Both the position numbers and the translations under genes were made by a program. Below, piece after piece: positions 1-10,408 of a stretch of 64,000 nt of DNA. The DNA is from a virus (Duplodnaviria; Heunggongvirae; Uroviricota; Caudoviricetes): positions 97-64,096 of IMG/VR virus record IMGVR_UViG_3300018080_000113; one strand, given 5' to 3'. The notes below the pieces were generated by a model. That model saw only the letters and a program-made list of their open reading frames with translations, made no database searches and was not told the origin of the DNA. Each line of letters starts with the position of its first letter. Positions within the stretch are counted from its first letter, which is position 1.

Positions 1-68
1 GCATCTTCCCAGGTGGTTCCATCATTATCACCAGTTGTCAGAGCATCATAGCAAAAAATATCAGCCAT
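1..68 (-). CDS. 5' fragment of a gene running off the window (MADIFCYDALTTGDNDGTTWED...), probably a beta-helix/tailspike-like protein
   Basis: ATG at 68 follows TAGGAGTTTTAG (SD). The frame is open to the edge. A GxNDGTTWxDA motif is typical of pectin-lyase-like beta-helix N-termini. Not in the ORF track. Confidence 0.6.
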   Translation of the reverse strand, partial: MADIFCYDALTTGDNDGTTWED

Positions 69-77
69 CTAAAACTC

Positions 78-3000
78 CTATGTCCAAGTTTGCCAATCAG
101 AAGCAGCTACTTGTATGTAGTATACAGTGCCCTCTTTCTTAACCACCATAGTGTCAACAGCACCTACAGCAGTTGAGAAAGTAGGATCATCTCCTCCCTC
201 TACTTTAACTGTTCCTCCACTTACAGTAGCAGAAGTAATTGCAAAACTTCCAACCCCACCTTGCGTACAAGTCACTGTCCATTGCCCATCACCAATGTTC
301 CCAGTGTCTACAATAGTCATTGCACAATCGCCCGTAAGAGTCACAGTCTGATGCTGACCATTTGACAAAGTCAAGTTGAAGGCTGTAGAGCTATTTCCAA
401 TAGGGTATGCACTTTTGTATCCGAGAGTTTCTACCGAAGTAACAGCATCAGCGTCGTCAATACTAATCCCAGTATCCTGAACACCCTTAGATCCACCGTC
501 GCCTCTAACAATTGTATTATCAGTCATAGAAGCCGAAGCAGTCACGTCGCCAGTTCCAGAGCCTAGAGCAGTACCATTCCAATAAATTGCTCCAGATACA
601 CTGTAAAGTCTGTTAGTGGTAGTCCCAGGAGCAGTAGTGTCAGTTAGGTAGATACCCGCAGCTCCTTTTGGCGTCAATGTAATGTCTATATTAGCATCGG
701 TACCGTCAGCCGCCAGGGTAGTTCCGCTTAAAGTCAACCCAGCAGCAGCTATATTGGTGTCCAGGGTCGTAGCATTCACTGTAGTTGCTGTAACCGAAGT
801 AAACGAAGGCGTTCCTGTTGTAGTTACATTCTGGTTAATAGAAGAAACTCCACTAACTGTCAGATTTGCATTAACATCTAGTGTAGACCCAGCAGCAATA
901 TCCAGAGAAGCTGTTCCTCTGGTTAAACTGTAAGTATTTGTATCAGTGCCAAGAGTAACTCCACCGTCCTGTACCAGCTTACCTGTCGTCAAATCAAATG
1001 TCACAAGATTATTATCGACAGCACTGCTCGGACCTACCACGTCTCCTGATCCAGATACTGCTTGGAATGTAGGAGCTGCACCAGCTCCGTTAGAAGTCAG
1101 CACATGTCCAGCAGTTCCCACAGCAACTGTAGCAGCTACTCCGGCAGCATCCCAAGTAATTAACTCACCATCTGTACCGTTAGCCAGCCCGGCCACAGGA
1201 AGTCCTGTACAGTTGGTTAGGACGCCTGCGCTAGGAGTTCCTATATTAGGAGTCGTGAGTGTAATCCCTACCAGAGTAAGTGCCCCTGAGCCTCTGTTGA
1301 TAGCAACAGCAGTAGTGCCAATGTACATGGTTTGGTCTGCATTGGCTTTGCCGTTAAATGTATCCCAGTCTGTAGAACTTAAGTAACCATCATTATCAGT
1401 ATCAGCCTGATCAACTTCAATAGTCAAACCAGAACCTATAACAGCACCAGTTCCTCCAACAATAGTAAGGACACTTGAAGTAGTTTCTGTTAAGTTGCCT
1501 GTACTTATAGTGTCTTGTTTGCTATTGAAAGTATTCCAATCAGTGCTAGTCAAATAACCGTTCTGACTGGTAGTTGCTGCTTGGAAAGAAATCTCTTGCG
1601 TCGATAGGCTTAAGCCGCCTGTGGTAGCTGAAGAGTGTAATGTTATTGCATTGTGCAATTCAGCTGTAGTTGCTAATGTGCCTGTTGTTGGAAGCGTAAC
1701 GTTCGTAGTTCCAGTAGTAGTTAAGGTTAGAGCGTGTGCTCCAGATCTAATTAGATTACCGGTAAGCGTTACTGTATGGCCTTGTACAGATGTAAGATTT
1801 GCTAAAGTGTCTATTGCATTTTCAATAGTGGTTTCGGTAGTGGCATCTAACGCATCGATGTTTTGCAACGTTAAAGTGCCTGCTGCATCACTGAAAGGTA
1901 CTGAAGACCCAACAGTAAAGCCGCTATTTCCAACAGTTACTGACGTAAACGAAGGAGTTCCTGTCGTTGTTACGTCTTGATCAATATAGCTATGGTCTGT
2001 ACCGTTATTACTTATGTGTGAATAAGCTGCATCCCAATTGGTATTTGTAGCGTCTGATATGGCTGTGCCTGTAAAAGTAACTCCTTCTACAATAACTGTC
2101 CCAGCCGTAGAAGCAATAGTTAAACTAGTTGTTCCACTATGAGTAATAGTAGCTGTATTGGCTGAGATAATAGCACCAGCCATTGTAATAGTACCGCTAG
2201 TAGTATCGTTACCATTATTAATTAAATAATCAGAGTGAGCTTGTGTATTGTCTTGACTATGACTATAGGCTGTCTCAAAATTAGTCTCTTGAGTAGTTGT
2301 AATGATTGCATTACTTCCGCCATCTGAGAAGTTATCAGCAGCAAATGTAGGAGCGGCACCAGAAGTCACATCTTGATTAATAGATGAAACTCCACTAACA
2401 GTAAGATTAGCATTGACATCAAGTACAGACCCAGCAGCAATATCTAAACTAGCCGTGCCACGTGTTAGACTAAATGTATTCGTACCAGTACCAAGTACAA
2501 CACCGCCATCTTTAATAAGCTTACCAGTTGTACTATCAAAAACAGTTAAATCATTATCTACTGCTGAACCTGGACCAACAACATCTCCTGCATTTGCAGT
2601 TGCACCATCAGCTACATTGATCATAGTACGAACTTGAGTGGCTGTAAGCTCTGTAATAATTCCACCAGCTCCAGCTATATTACCTAATATTCGATTATCA
2701 GCAACTACATTTTGCATTTTTGCATAAGTAACTGCGTCGTTAGCAATCGTTAATGTTGTTGCTCCAGTTACGTCACCAGTATGCGTAGCATTACTAACCT
2801 TGTCATTAAACGTATTCCAGTCTGTACTTGTTAAGTATCCATTTTGTGCTGTAGTAGCAGCTTGAAAACTAATTGCCTGTGTAGATAAACTTAATCCACC
2901 AGTAGTGGCTGAAGCATCTAAAGTAATAGCAGGATGAAGAGCATTAATTTCAGCAACTGTTAAATGATAGCGCTCTGTAGCACTACCACCCTGTAAACTT

Positions 3001-6000
3001 GTAAGCTCATTATGATCACTTGGAGTAAATGAAACAAATGTAAGATCATCAACAGCTTCTATTTCAGTAAAAGAAGTATCACTTTCTTGAATAATAATCT
3101 TAGCTCTTAATACACCAAATTCGTTAACATGATCTGGAAGGGTTCCTGGCGGTTGAGCAGCTTGAGCTTCTGATAGCGTATATTCTTCTTGTCCATAAAT
3201 AACATAAGTAGAAGTTCCAGTTCCTTTATAAACCCAATGAACTCCATATTTATTACTAGAAATAGTCTCTAAACCAGTAGCAATATCATTATACTGTGTA
3301 TTGTTTATTTGAGTTTGATCACTTTCTGCCCATGCAGAACCAGTATAATAATAATATTCAAAATCATCTGTTGCAGAAGTATCAATGCCAGTTGTTACAA
3401 TTCTATTTAATCCAGCATACATAACACCAGCAGTAATAACTATATTTCTAGTTCCAGTTTCAGAAACACTAGCGCCACTTACAAAATGAAGAGAAGATGT
3501 TTCCACATGATGCTGTTGAATTCTTTTAGCTATATCTTCTAGATGTAATCCAGAATCAATAATATCAACTAAAGTACCTTCACGATATACTTTTCCTAAG
3601 TTAAAAATCGTGTGGCCATTTGCAGTGCTCGATGTGCCAATTACAAACTGCGGCGTGCCAGAGTTGTAATCAACTGCAATATAGTTTGTTGAATTATCTG
3701 TTAAGGTTTGTCCAGTCAAGCCTGTCAAATCAAAGAATCTATTCTCTCCAATATCAGAATTAGTTGTTTTGACAATTCCCTTAACGTCAGAAATATCAAT
3801 AGTTCCACTGCCACCATCAGTAATAGAACCACCAGAAATAATACCAGCAGATTGTGTTCCGTTACTCCAGTCTTGTACATCATCATATGTAGCAGTGCCA
3901 ATTTCAAGAAGTTCTACTTGAGTAGCGTCGATTACAATCGATGCCATTGTAAAGTGTTCGTTACTAGCAAAGTTTAACAGAGAGTCATGGTCTACACCTG
4001 CTGGTAGCACAACACCTGAAATTTGTTGACCTGTTAAAGTTAAATTAATTGATGAAGTATCAGCTACTGTAGCAGCTACATGACGCGCAGAAGTATTTGC
4101 AGCTACATCAGTATTGTTTGAAACTTCAGTATCAAAATCTGAAATATCATTAGCATCCAAACCTGTTGGATTGTTGATAGCAGGAGATGTAAGTGTCTTG
4201 TTAGTTAAAGTTTGTATTGCACTAATACCAACTAACTGTTCTGCTATGTTGGCAGGATCATATGTGGCTGCTGCCATGTCTCCACCAGCAGAAGCAAAGT
4301 CACTAATAAGAGCTTTCTTTAGGTTGCCTGAATCGCTTGTGTCACCAATAAGAACATAATCACTACCTACAGCAGTAACTGTACCTTTATTGCTAATAGC
4401 AGTAGGGTCTACGGTTAATACGCCAGAACCTGTAACTTCACCTGAATGAGTAGCGTTTGTTACTTTTAAAGTATTTGCTGCAACATCTGTAGCGATATCA
4501 ATACCATCTACAGTGCCTGTAAGTGTGATATTACCAGTAATGTCTAATGCAGAACCTGTATAAGTTAAGCCAGTGGTACCTTCGACTGTAGTAGCGTCTC
4601 TCCAAACAGCTATCTGATTGTCAACTGGTGTTCCATAATTAGATACATTACCGCTGCTACCACCAAAATCACTAACTAATGCTTTCTTTAAATTGCCACT
4701 ATCACTAGTATCACTAATCAATACATAGTCTGTGTCTATTGCTGTAACTTCAGATTGTCCAGTAATCGCTACACTTTCAAGCGTTAGCGCATTAGATCCA
4801 GTTACGTCACCAGTATGAGTAGCGTTTGTAACTTTCGCAGAATTGGTCGTAACATCGCTGTTCGCTGAAACAGTCGTTTGAAAATCACTAATCGTCGAGG
4901 CCGTCTGAGTGCCAGTATGGTTGGCACGACTCAAATAATAAGTACCTTCTTGGCTATCTAACAAATCCGCATTAAAGTTCGCATTCAAGGTGGTGGAAGT
5001 TACGTTCATTGGAGCCGTGCCAGTTACGATTGTCGAAACGTATTGCCCCCGCTGCAACGTCAGATCTCCCGCCGAACTCAACTCCATGGAAAGGTAAGAT
5101 AGAGACGAATTGTTATGGCTGTCAGTAGGATCCACATACCATTTATGACTCTTAGCCCCATCGACTGCATAAAGATTGTCGTTGTATCCAGGACCGTAAA
5201 AAATAGCGTTATCGGCAAAAGCAGTACTATTGGTGCCGCCAATCCCAACAGTCATCCAGTGTCCTGCATCATTAACAGCAGTGAACCCAGCAGCAGCCGA
5301 GGTTCCCGTAGATTCATTAACTACCGATTGGCGGATCGTGCCGTCAAACTCATTTCCAATTGAGAATGATTTTGAAGGCTCTACATAAATCCATCCCTCT
5401 GTTGAATGCGATCTCTGAACAGTACCTACCACCACAGTCGCATATGTTGCAACGGTTGGGTGTGTCGTTGTCCATCCGCCAGAACTGTTAAGATATAGCG
5501 TGTCACCTGCAGACATTGTTGAAGTGTCAATGGGCTCTGTTGCTGTGCCCTTGACAACCCCCCAAGGATAGCAAAAACCGGTGCCACTATCCGCAATATC
5601 TTCTGCAAGCATACCGAGAACATGGAACTTGTTTGCGTCAGTATTGTCCGCAGCGTCTACAGTTGGACGGTTACCGGATGATCCATTTTGATATACAACT
5701 GTTCCGCGATCCAGTACCCCGCCTGTAACATTACGGACACGGATGATCCCCTTTTGTCCTAATGGAAGAACCTCGTCGCCATCCAACCCAATTTCAACCG
5801 TCCCATCATCAGCACTCCAGTGCATACGTCCTGTTTGATGGGTAGGGGCAGAAACAACAGTGTCAAAATCAATATAGTCTACATCTGGTCCTACAAATGT
5901 CGGACTACCCGTAGTAGTCACATCCTGGTCAATCGATGACACGCCTCCAACTGTTAAATCAGCATTAACATCCAGAGTAGAACCTGCCGCAATATCCAAG

Positions 6001-7997
6001 CTCGCCGTTCCACGTGTTAAACTAAAGGTATTGGTACCAGTTCCTAGAGTAACGCCACCATCTTGAACCAATTTACCCGTCGTCAAATCAAACGTCACAA
6101 TATTATTATCAACAGCGCTCCCTGGACCGACGACATCGCCTAAATTAGCCGTTGCTCCATCAGCAACATTGATCAAGGACCTCACCTCGGTAGCCGTCAA
6201 CTCATCAACAATACTACCCGCTCCTGCGTTGTTTCCTAGAAGGACGTTATTCGCAACTACATTTTGGATCTTAGCGTAAGTTACCGCATCGTCTGTAATG
6301 GTCAGCACAGTGTCACCTGTGACTTCTCCAGTATGGGTTGCGTTCGTTACCTTCGCGGTATTCAAACCAATCGCAGAATCGTTGAGTACGAATTTATCTC
6401 TAATCGCGTTTTTGCTCGCTGCATCAGTGTTCGCATCCCAACTCGTGGAGTCATAAGCAGTGTCATCAACCGTGACGGCCGTTGCCCCGTCAGCGACGTT
6501 GATTAACGTACGAACTTGAGATGCCGTCAATTCCGCTACAGGCTGCCCAACGCCTGCAACATTTCCCAAGATGCGTCCATCAGCAACAACATTCTGCATT
6601 TTTGCATAAGTAACGGCATCATTCGCAATCGTCAGAGCAGAGTCTCCAGTAACCTCTCCTGTATGAGTGGCATTGGTAACTTTTAGTGTATTCGCAGCAA
6701 CATCTGTAGCAATGTCAATTCCGTCTACAGTACCACTTAATGTAATATTGCCAGTTATATCTAATACAGATCCGTTATACGTAAAACCAGTAGTGCCTTC
6801 TATTGTAGTAGCATCTCTCCAGACTGCTATTTGGTTATCAACTGGCGTTCCATAGTTGGATACATTGCCTCCTGCAAAATCACTAATTAAAGCTTTCTTT
6901 AAGTTACCAGAATCACTAGTGTCACTGATTAAAACATAATCAGCACCTAATGCAGTAACTGTACTTTGGCCAGTAACAGCAACACTTTCTAATGTTAAAG
7001 CATTAGTACCAGTGACATCTCCTGTATGAGTATGTGTATGGTCATCTAAAGTATCTAAAGCAGCTTGAACTTCATCATCACTAGCGCTTAATATACCAGC
7101 AAAAGAACCAGTATTAACAGGAACGCCAGTTGCGATAACTGATGTGGCAGCTTCCATGGAAGAAATAAAATCTTCTCTGTAGTAGTCGTCAATGATATCA
7201 GTAGCTTGAATTTCATACCAATACCAAACAGTAAAGTTAACGGCCAATGGTGCATGGCTAAGAGTAACTAACCCACCAGCACTAATTGAGGAGATAGAAA
7301 TTCTATTTCTAGTAAACACATTGCCAGAATCATACAGTTCAATCTTTGTAGTTGCAGTAACATGAGAAGGATGTGTATTTAAAATATTACCTGCGGACCA
7401 TGAACCTGTAGAGAATGTAGCATTGAGCAATGTGCCATCAAGCTGAAATGTTGTTAATGCTCCATTACCTGTGAATTGTTCTTTAAAAACCACTCTTGGA
7501 TTTAAGAAAGGAAGACTATTGTCAATTTCAGTACCGATCTTGTCGGCAGACCATAAGTCGGTCGCAGCAGTTCCAGAGTCATTGATTTCTCTATGCTTGG
7601 CGGCATCACCAATATGACTATCTATAGTACTGTGGCTGTTGGAACCAATATTAGCAATAGCTGTATGGTCTATGCTTGCTTCAGTAAAATGAAGTGTGGC
7701 ATCGCCAATGTGCGAATCAATCTGTGTGTGTGTATTTGTGCCAGCTCCAGAAAGATTTTGATGAACAATATTGCTTTCGTCAACATCAATAAGAACAGTA
7801 CTAGCGTTAGAGGTAACAGCTATCTTGGTAGACGTAGCGTCTATGCCTTTGAAAGGAAGATCTACTCCGCCTTTAACAGTAAAGAGGCCTTCTCCAGATC
7901 CAAGATTACTAGCCGTATTAGCCTCGCCAGATCCAACTGTTGCAGGAGGTTCGTAGTAATCCAACTTTTTAGTAAATGGATTGAATTTATATGGCAT
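78..7997 (-). CDS. Giant mosaic tail fibre / virion surface protein (2639 aa)
   Basis: T/G/S/A/V/D-rich sequence with several internal repeat families and the fibre-type motifs GYLTSTDWNTFN and HTQIDSHI. Lies at the distal end of the tail operon. Confidence 0.8.
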   Translation of the reverse strand: MPYKFNPFTKKLDYYEPPATVGSGEANTASNLGSGEGLFTVKGGVDLPFKGIDATSTKIAVTSNASTVLIDVDESNIVHQNLSGAGTNTHTQIDSHIGDATLHFTEASIDHTAIANIGSNSHSTIDSHIGDAAKHREINDSGTAATDLWSADKIGTEIDNSLPFLNPRVVFKEQFTGNGALTTFQLDGTLLNATFSTGSWSAGNILNTHPSHVTATTKIELYDSGNVFTRNRISISSISAGGLVTLSHAPLAVNFTVWYWYEIQATDIIDDYYREDFISSMEAATSVIATGVPVNTGSFAGILSASDDEVQAALDTLDDHTHTHTGDVTGTNALTLESVAVTGQSTVTALGADYVLISDTSDSGNLKKALISDFAGGNVSNYGTPVDNQIAVWRDATTIEGTTGFTYNGSVLDITGNITLSGTVDGIDIATDVAANTLKVTNATHTGEVTGDSALTIANDAVTYAKMQNVVADGRILGNVAGVGQPVAELTASQVRTLINVADGATAVTVDDTAYDSTSWDANTDAASKNAIRDKFVLNDSAIGLNTAKVTNATHTGEVTGDTVLTITDDAVTYAKIQNVVANNVLLGNNAGAGSIVDELTATEVRSLINVADGATANLGDVVGPGSAVDNNIVTFDLTTGKLVQDGGVTLGTGTNTFSLTRGTASLDIAAGSTLDVNADLTVGGVSSIDQDVTTTGSPTFVGPDVDYIDFDTVVSAPTHQTGRMHWSADDGTVEIGLDGDEVLPLGQKGIIRVRNVTGGVLDRGTVVYQNGSSGNRPTVDAADNTDANKFHVLGMLAEDIADSGTGFCYPWGVVKGTATEPIDTSTMSAGDTLYLNSSGGWTTTHPTVATYATVVVGTVQRSHSTEGWIYVEPSKSFSIGNEFDGTIRQSVVNESTGTSAAAGFTAVNDAGHWMTVGIGGTNSTAFADNAIFYGPGYNDNLYAVDGAKSHKWYVDPTDSHNNSSLSYLSMELSSAGDLTLQRGQYVSTIVTGTAPMNVTSTTLNANFNADLLDSQEGTYYLSRANHTGTQTASTISDFQTTVSANSDVTTNSAKVTNATHTGDVTGSNALTLESVAITGQSEVTAIDTDYVLISDTSDSGNLKKALVSDFGGSSGNVSNYGTPVDNQIAVWRDATTVEGTTGLTYTGSALDITGNITLTGTVDGIDIATDVAANTLKVTNATHSGEVTGSGVLTVDPTAISNKGTVTAVGSDYVLIGDTSDSGNLKKALISDFASAGGDMAAATYDPANIAEQLVGISAIQTLTNKTLTSPAINNPTGLDANDISDFDTEVSNNTDVAANTSARHVAATVADTSSINLTLTGQQISGVVLPAGVDHDSLLNFASNEHFTMASIVIDATQVELLEIGTATYDDVQDWSNGTQSAGIISGGSITDGGSGTIDISDVKGIVKTTNSDIGENRFFDLTGLTGQTLTDNSTNYIAVDYNSGTPQFVIGTSSTANGHTIFNLGKVYREGTLVDIIDSGLHLEDIAKRIQQHHVETSSLHFVSGASVSETGTRNIVITAGVMYAGLNRIVTTGIDTSATDDFEYYYYTGSAWAESDQTQINNTQYNDIATGLETISSNKYGVHWVYKGTGTSTYVIYGQEEYTLSEAQAAQPPGTLPDHVNEFGVLRAKIIIQESDTSFTEIEAVDDLTFVSFTPSDHNELTSLQGGSATERYHLTVAEINALHPAITLDASATTGGLSLSTQAISFQAATTAQNGYLTSTDWNTFNDKVSNATHTGDVTGATTLTIANDAVTYAKMQNVVADNRILGNIAGAGGIITELTATQVRTMINVADGATANAGDVVGPGSAVDNDLTVFDSTTGKLIKDGGVVLGTGTNTFSLTRGTASLDIAAGSVLDVNANLTVSGVSSINQDVTSGAAPTFAADNFSDGGSNAIITTTQETNFETAYSHSQDNTQAHSDYLINNGNDTTSGTITMAGAIISANTATITHSGTTSLTIASTAGTVIVEGVTFTGTAISDATNTNWDAAYSHISNNGTDHSYIDQDVTTTGTPSFTSVTVGNSGFTVGSSVPFSDAAGTLTLQNIDALDATTETTIENAIDTLANLTSVQGHTVTLTGNLIRSGAHALTLTTTGTTNVTLPTTGTLATTAELHNAITLHSSATTGGLSLSTQEISFQAATTSQNGYLTSTDWNTFNSKQDTISTGNLTETTSSVLTIVGGTGAVIGSGLTIEVDQADTDNDGYLSSTDWDTFNGKANADQTMYIGTTAVAINRGSGALTLVGITLTTPNIGTPSAGVLTNCTGLPVAGLANGTDGELITWDAAGVAATVAVGTAGHVLTSNGAGAAPTFQAVSGSGDVVGPSSAVDNNLVTFDLTTGKLVQDGGVTLGTDTNTYSLTRGTASLDIAAGSTLDVNANLTVSGVSSINQNVTTTGTPSFTSVTATTVNATTLDTNIAAAGLTLSGTTLAADGTDANIDITLTPKGAAGIYLTDTTAPGTTTNRLYSVSGAIYWNGTALGSGTGDVTASASMTDNTIVRGDGGSKGVQDTGISIDDADAVTSVETLGYKSAYPIGNSSTAFNLTLSNGQHQTVTLTGDCAMTIVDTGNIGDGQWTVTCTQGGVGSFAITSATVSGGTVKVEGGDDPTFSTAVGAVDTMVVKKEGTVYYIQVAASDWQTWT
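801..6140 (-). repeat. Repeat family R1: three 246-nt (82-aa) copies at 801-1046, 2343-2588 and 5895-6140
   Basis: Each copy reads GDVVGPxSAVDN...TRGTASLDIAAGSxLDVNAxLTVxGVSSIxQxVT...F and all three have the same length. Confidence 0.9.
1355..2912 (-). repeat. Repeat family R4: SATTGGLSLSTQxISFQAATTxQNGYLTSTDWNTFN near 2805-2912 and 1528-1635, partial copy near 1355-1395
   Basis: Visible directly in the translation. Confidence 0.8.
2595..6683 (-). repeat. Repeat family R2: three 207-nt (69-aa) copies at 2595-2801, 6147-6353 and 6477-6683
   Basis: Each copy reads KV(T/S)NATHTGxVTG...DAVTYAKxQNVVA...LGNxAG...ELTAxxVRxxINVADGATA. Confidence 0.9.
4467..7028 (-). repeat. Repeat family R3: two ~115-aa copies at 4467-4817 and 6684-7028 (partial third copy near 4284-4385)
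   Basis: Each copy reads HTGDVTGxNALTLESVA...DYVLISDTSDSGNLKKAL...NVSNYGTPVDNQIAVWRDATT...IDIATDVAANTL. Confidence 0.9.
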
Positions 7998-8011
7998 AGC
8001 GTTACTCCAAA

Positions 8012-10399
8012 TTATTCAAGAACAAAAACCACCTGTACCGTTAGGTCTTCTGCGTCGTCATTTGTGCCATTATCATCAGTAGAAATTTCAACTCTGTCCC
8101 CGTAGAGAATGTTGTAGTTGGTTGTATTAATATCTGTAGTTGTTGCAGAAATTGTTTCTATACATTCAACTCCTGCATTAGAATTTGAAGTACTGACTCC
8201 ATTGCCACCAATAGTAACATTGACACGAGGATCATTCGCCCCTGAGTCTGCTGACTTACAAATAACTGTAAACTTAACAGCATGTGCATGCCCGTAGTTC
8301 CAATAGTGCAAAGTATCAGCATCAGCATACAGCAAGGATGTCTCTGTCGCATTAGCAAAAGCACCACCAACAATAAAAGTTTCTACAACGGCATTGTTTG
8401 CAGGAGCATATTGAATAAACGCATCAAAGCTTGTTGTCATTGCTGCGCCAGCAAGAGTAACAGTTCCACTAGAATATCCAGTTACAATACCGTATCTCCA
8501 CGAGCCAGGCGTGTCTGCATATCGGATTGGTCTACCTTCTCTAAAAATCTCTTGGTTCGTAGTGTTGTCAGAAACAGTAAACGAAGCATCTGAAACACGA
8601 GCAATAATAGTTCCATCCTGCCAAATACCACTTCTGTTTTTTGATGACTGATATGCCCAGATTTCGTTCCAGTTAGAACCATCATATGCTCCAAATACAG
8701 AACCGTTCCAGCGCATATTGCCAGCTGTTGTATCTGTACAATCGCCTAATCTTATTCCTCCGCCTTGAAGATCTAAGACGCTTCCCGTGTCGGCAAAATC
8801 TATAGCAAAATCTTGACCAGAAGGAACATCCCACTCTATGCCTCCATTAATATCACATGACAAAACAGCAGAAGAACCTGAACCTCTAGAGATACTAAAT
8901 ACACTAGCCGACCCAGTGCCTGCGCTATCATACAAGAATGCAAGACTATCAATTGACTGTGTCTGAATGCTCCCTGTTCCATAGGTCTGTAGTGTTAAAT
9001 CTCCAGTTGCGCCGAAAGACTGAATTACATTATTCCCATTACTCTTTAGGATAAAGTCTCCAGTGCTATTGCCATCTGAATCATGAGTAAGAATCAAGTC
9101 ACTTGGAGAAGAAACATTTACGTCTTGATTAGAATATGAAGCTAGAGTAATTCCACCAGCATTATAGAATCTTGCAAGAAGATTTCCAAGAGAATCACGA
9201 ACTGCAACTTCACCAGAACCTTGAGGCGACAAAGAAATACTTCCATCTGTAAGGCCAGTATCATTCAGAATGACGCTTGTGTAGCTTGATAATGTTCCTT
9301 GAAGAACAGCTTTAAGTTCTAGGGAAGTACCAAGAGCAGAAGTAGTATAGTCTTGTGTGGCAACGCCACGAATATATGCACCAGTAGCAACAGCAGATCC
9401 AGTATACCCAGCAAGTTCTATCTTGCCAAGATAAGACCCAGAGCTTGTGTTTAGTGGAACAGACTCTGTGCCTTCTGAATGAACAATACGGACTAGAGGA
9501 GCGGCAGTTACAGTATTGCTCCAGACGTGCAAGTCAAGTGCAGGTTCATTTGAAGAGCCTGTTGACTTTAATGTTAAATATTTTGTGGAATCATTGTATG
9601 TAAAATCATCACTATCTTCCAGTGCAGTAGCTCCAGAATTTGTGTATGGAATTCTGTATGCAGTATATGAAGACGGAGCGTCTGTCAGTCCTAAGTAAGT
9701 ATTAGAAGTGCCAGATAAACCTGCCTCAGCAGGACGATAAGGAAGAACAGTTAGCGTGTTGGCATCTCTTACTCTGACAATTGGACATGAATAGAATGCA
9801 GGATTGGTAGGTTCTGTGGCAGTAAGAACACCAGGCGTAACAGGGTCTTGAAAATAAACTTCATCTGGAGTCAAGCCGTGGCCTGTCAATGTGATTGTGC
9901 CATCTTGAACCATCAAGAAATAATTAGTACCTACGCCAACAACAAAGGTCGGTGGGTCAGATAGTTTTGCTCCATCTGAAGCATCTGCCTGAAGCCAACC
10001 AGTACCGTCGTCATAATAAATAACATCCTGAGCTGCAAAGCCATGTGTTGCTTGGTTTACAATCTGTCCTTCGTTCGACACACATTCCCAATATTGTAAG
10101 TCTGTAGAAAAGAAACCAGCTGCCGTACCAGCAGAAGTATGAGAAGAAGAACATCTAAATCTTAAATTAAGATGCATTACTTCTTGACGAATAGCATATG
10201 CAGTACCAGTAGCCCAGTCTTGAACGTCAGAACCTCCGCCTGTAGCTAGTTGCCATGCTGTGTCAAGAGTAAGACGAATGTACAGGTCTCCTGTAGAAGA
10301 ATTAATATAGATATTACCTGGCGTTGAAGAACCTGGCACTCCAGCTTGATATTGAATTTTAGCCCAGTTGGCTCTATCTAGTTTAGTTTTACCACTCAT
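8012..10399 (-). CDS. Tail fibre / virion structural protein (795 aa) with an N-terminal CBM5/12-like motif
   Basis: Contains DWATGTAYAIRQEV...RFRCSSSHTS...W and a beta-rich S/T/G body; adjacent to the giant fibre. Confidence 0.6.
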   Translation of the reverse strand: MSGKTKLDRANWAKIQYQAGVPGSSTPGNIYINSSTGDLYIRLTLDTAWQLATGGGSDVQDWATGTAYAIRQEVMHLNLRFRCSSSHTSAGTAAGFFSTDLQYWECVSNEGQIVNQATHGFAAQDVIYYDDGTGWLQADASDGAKLSDPPTFVVGVGTNYFLMVQDGTITLTGHGLTPDEVYFQDPVTPGVLTATEPTNPAFYSCPIVRVRDANTLTVLPYRPAEAGLSGTSNTYLGLTDAPSSYTAYRIPYTNSGATALEDSDDFTYNDSTKYLTLKSTGSSNEPALDLHVWSNTVTAAPLVRIVHSEGTESVPLNTSSGSYLGKIELAGYTGSAVATGAYIRGVATQDYTTSALGTSLELKAVLQGTLSSYTSVILNDTGLTDGSISLSPQGSGEVAVRDSLGNLLARFYNAGGITLASYSNQDVNVSSPSDLILTHDSDGNSTGDFILKSNGNNVIQSFGATGDLTLQTYGTGSIQTQSIDSLAFLYDSAGTGSASVFSISRGSGSSAVLSCDINGGIEWDVPSGQDFAIDFADTGSVLDLQGGGIRLGDCTDTTAGNMRWNGSVFGAYDGSNWNEIWAYQSSKNRSGIWQDGTIIARVSDASFTVSDNTTNQEIFREGRPIRYADTPGSWRYGIVTGYSSGTVTLAGAAMTTSFDAFIQYAPANNAVVETFIVGGAFANATETSLLYADADTLHYWNYGHAHAVKFTVICKSADSGANDPRVNVTIGGNGVSTSNSNAGVECIETISATTTDINTTNYNILYGDRVEISTDDNGTNDDAEDLTVQVVFVLE

Positions 10400-10408
10400 C
10401 TAGACCTC

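Noticed and set aside
78-7997. CRISPR array or DGR template/variable repeats
   Set aside because: The repeats are in-frame, long and diverged at synonymous sites. There is no spacer pattern, no adenine-specific variation and no reverse transcriptase in the window.
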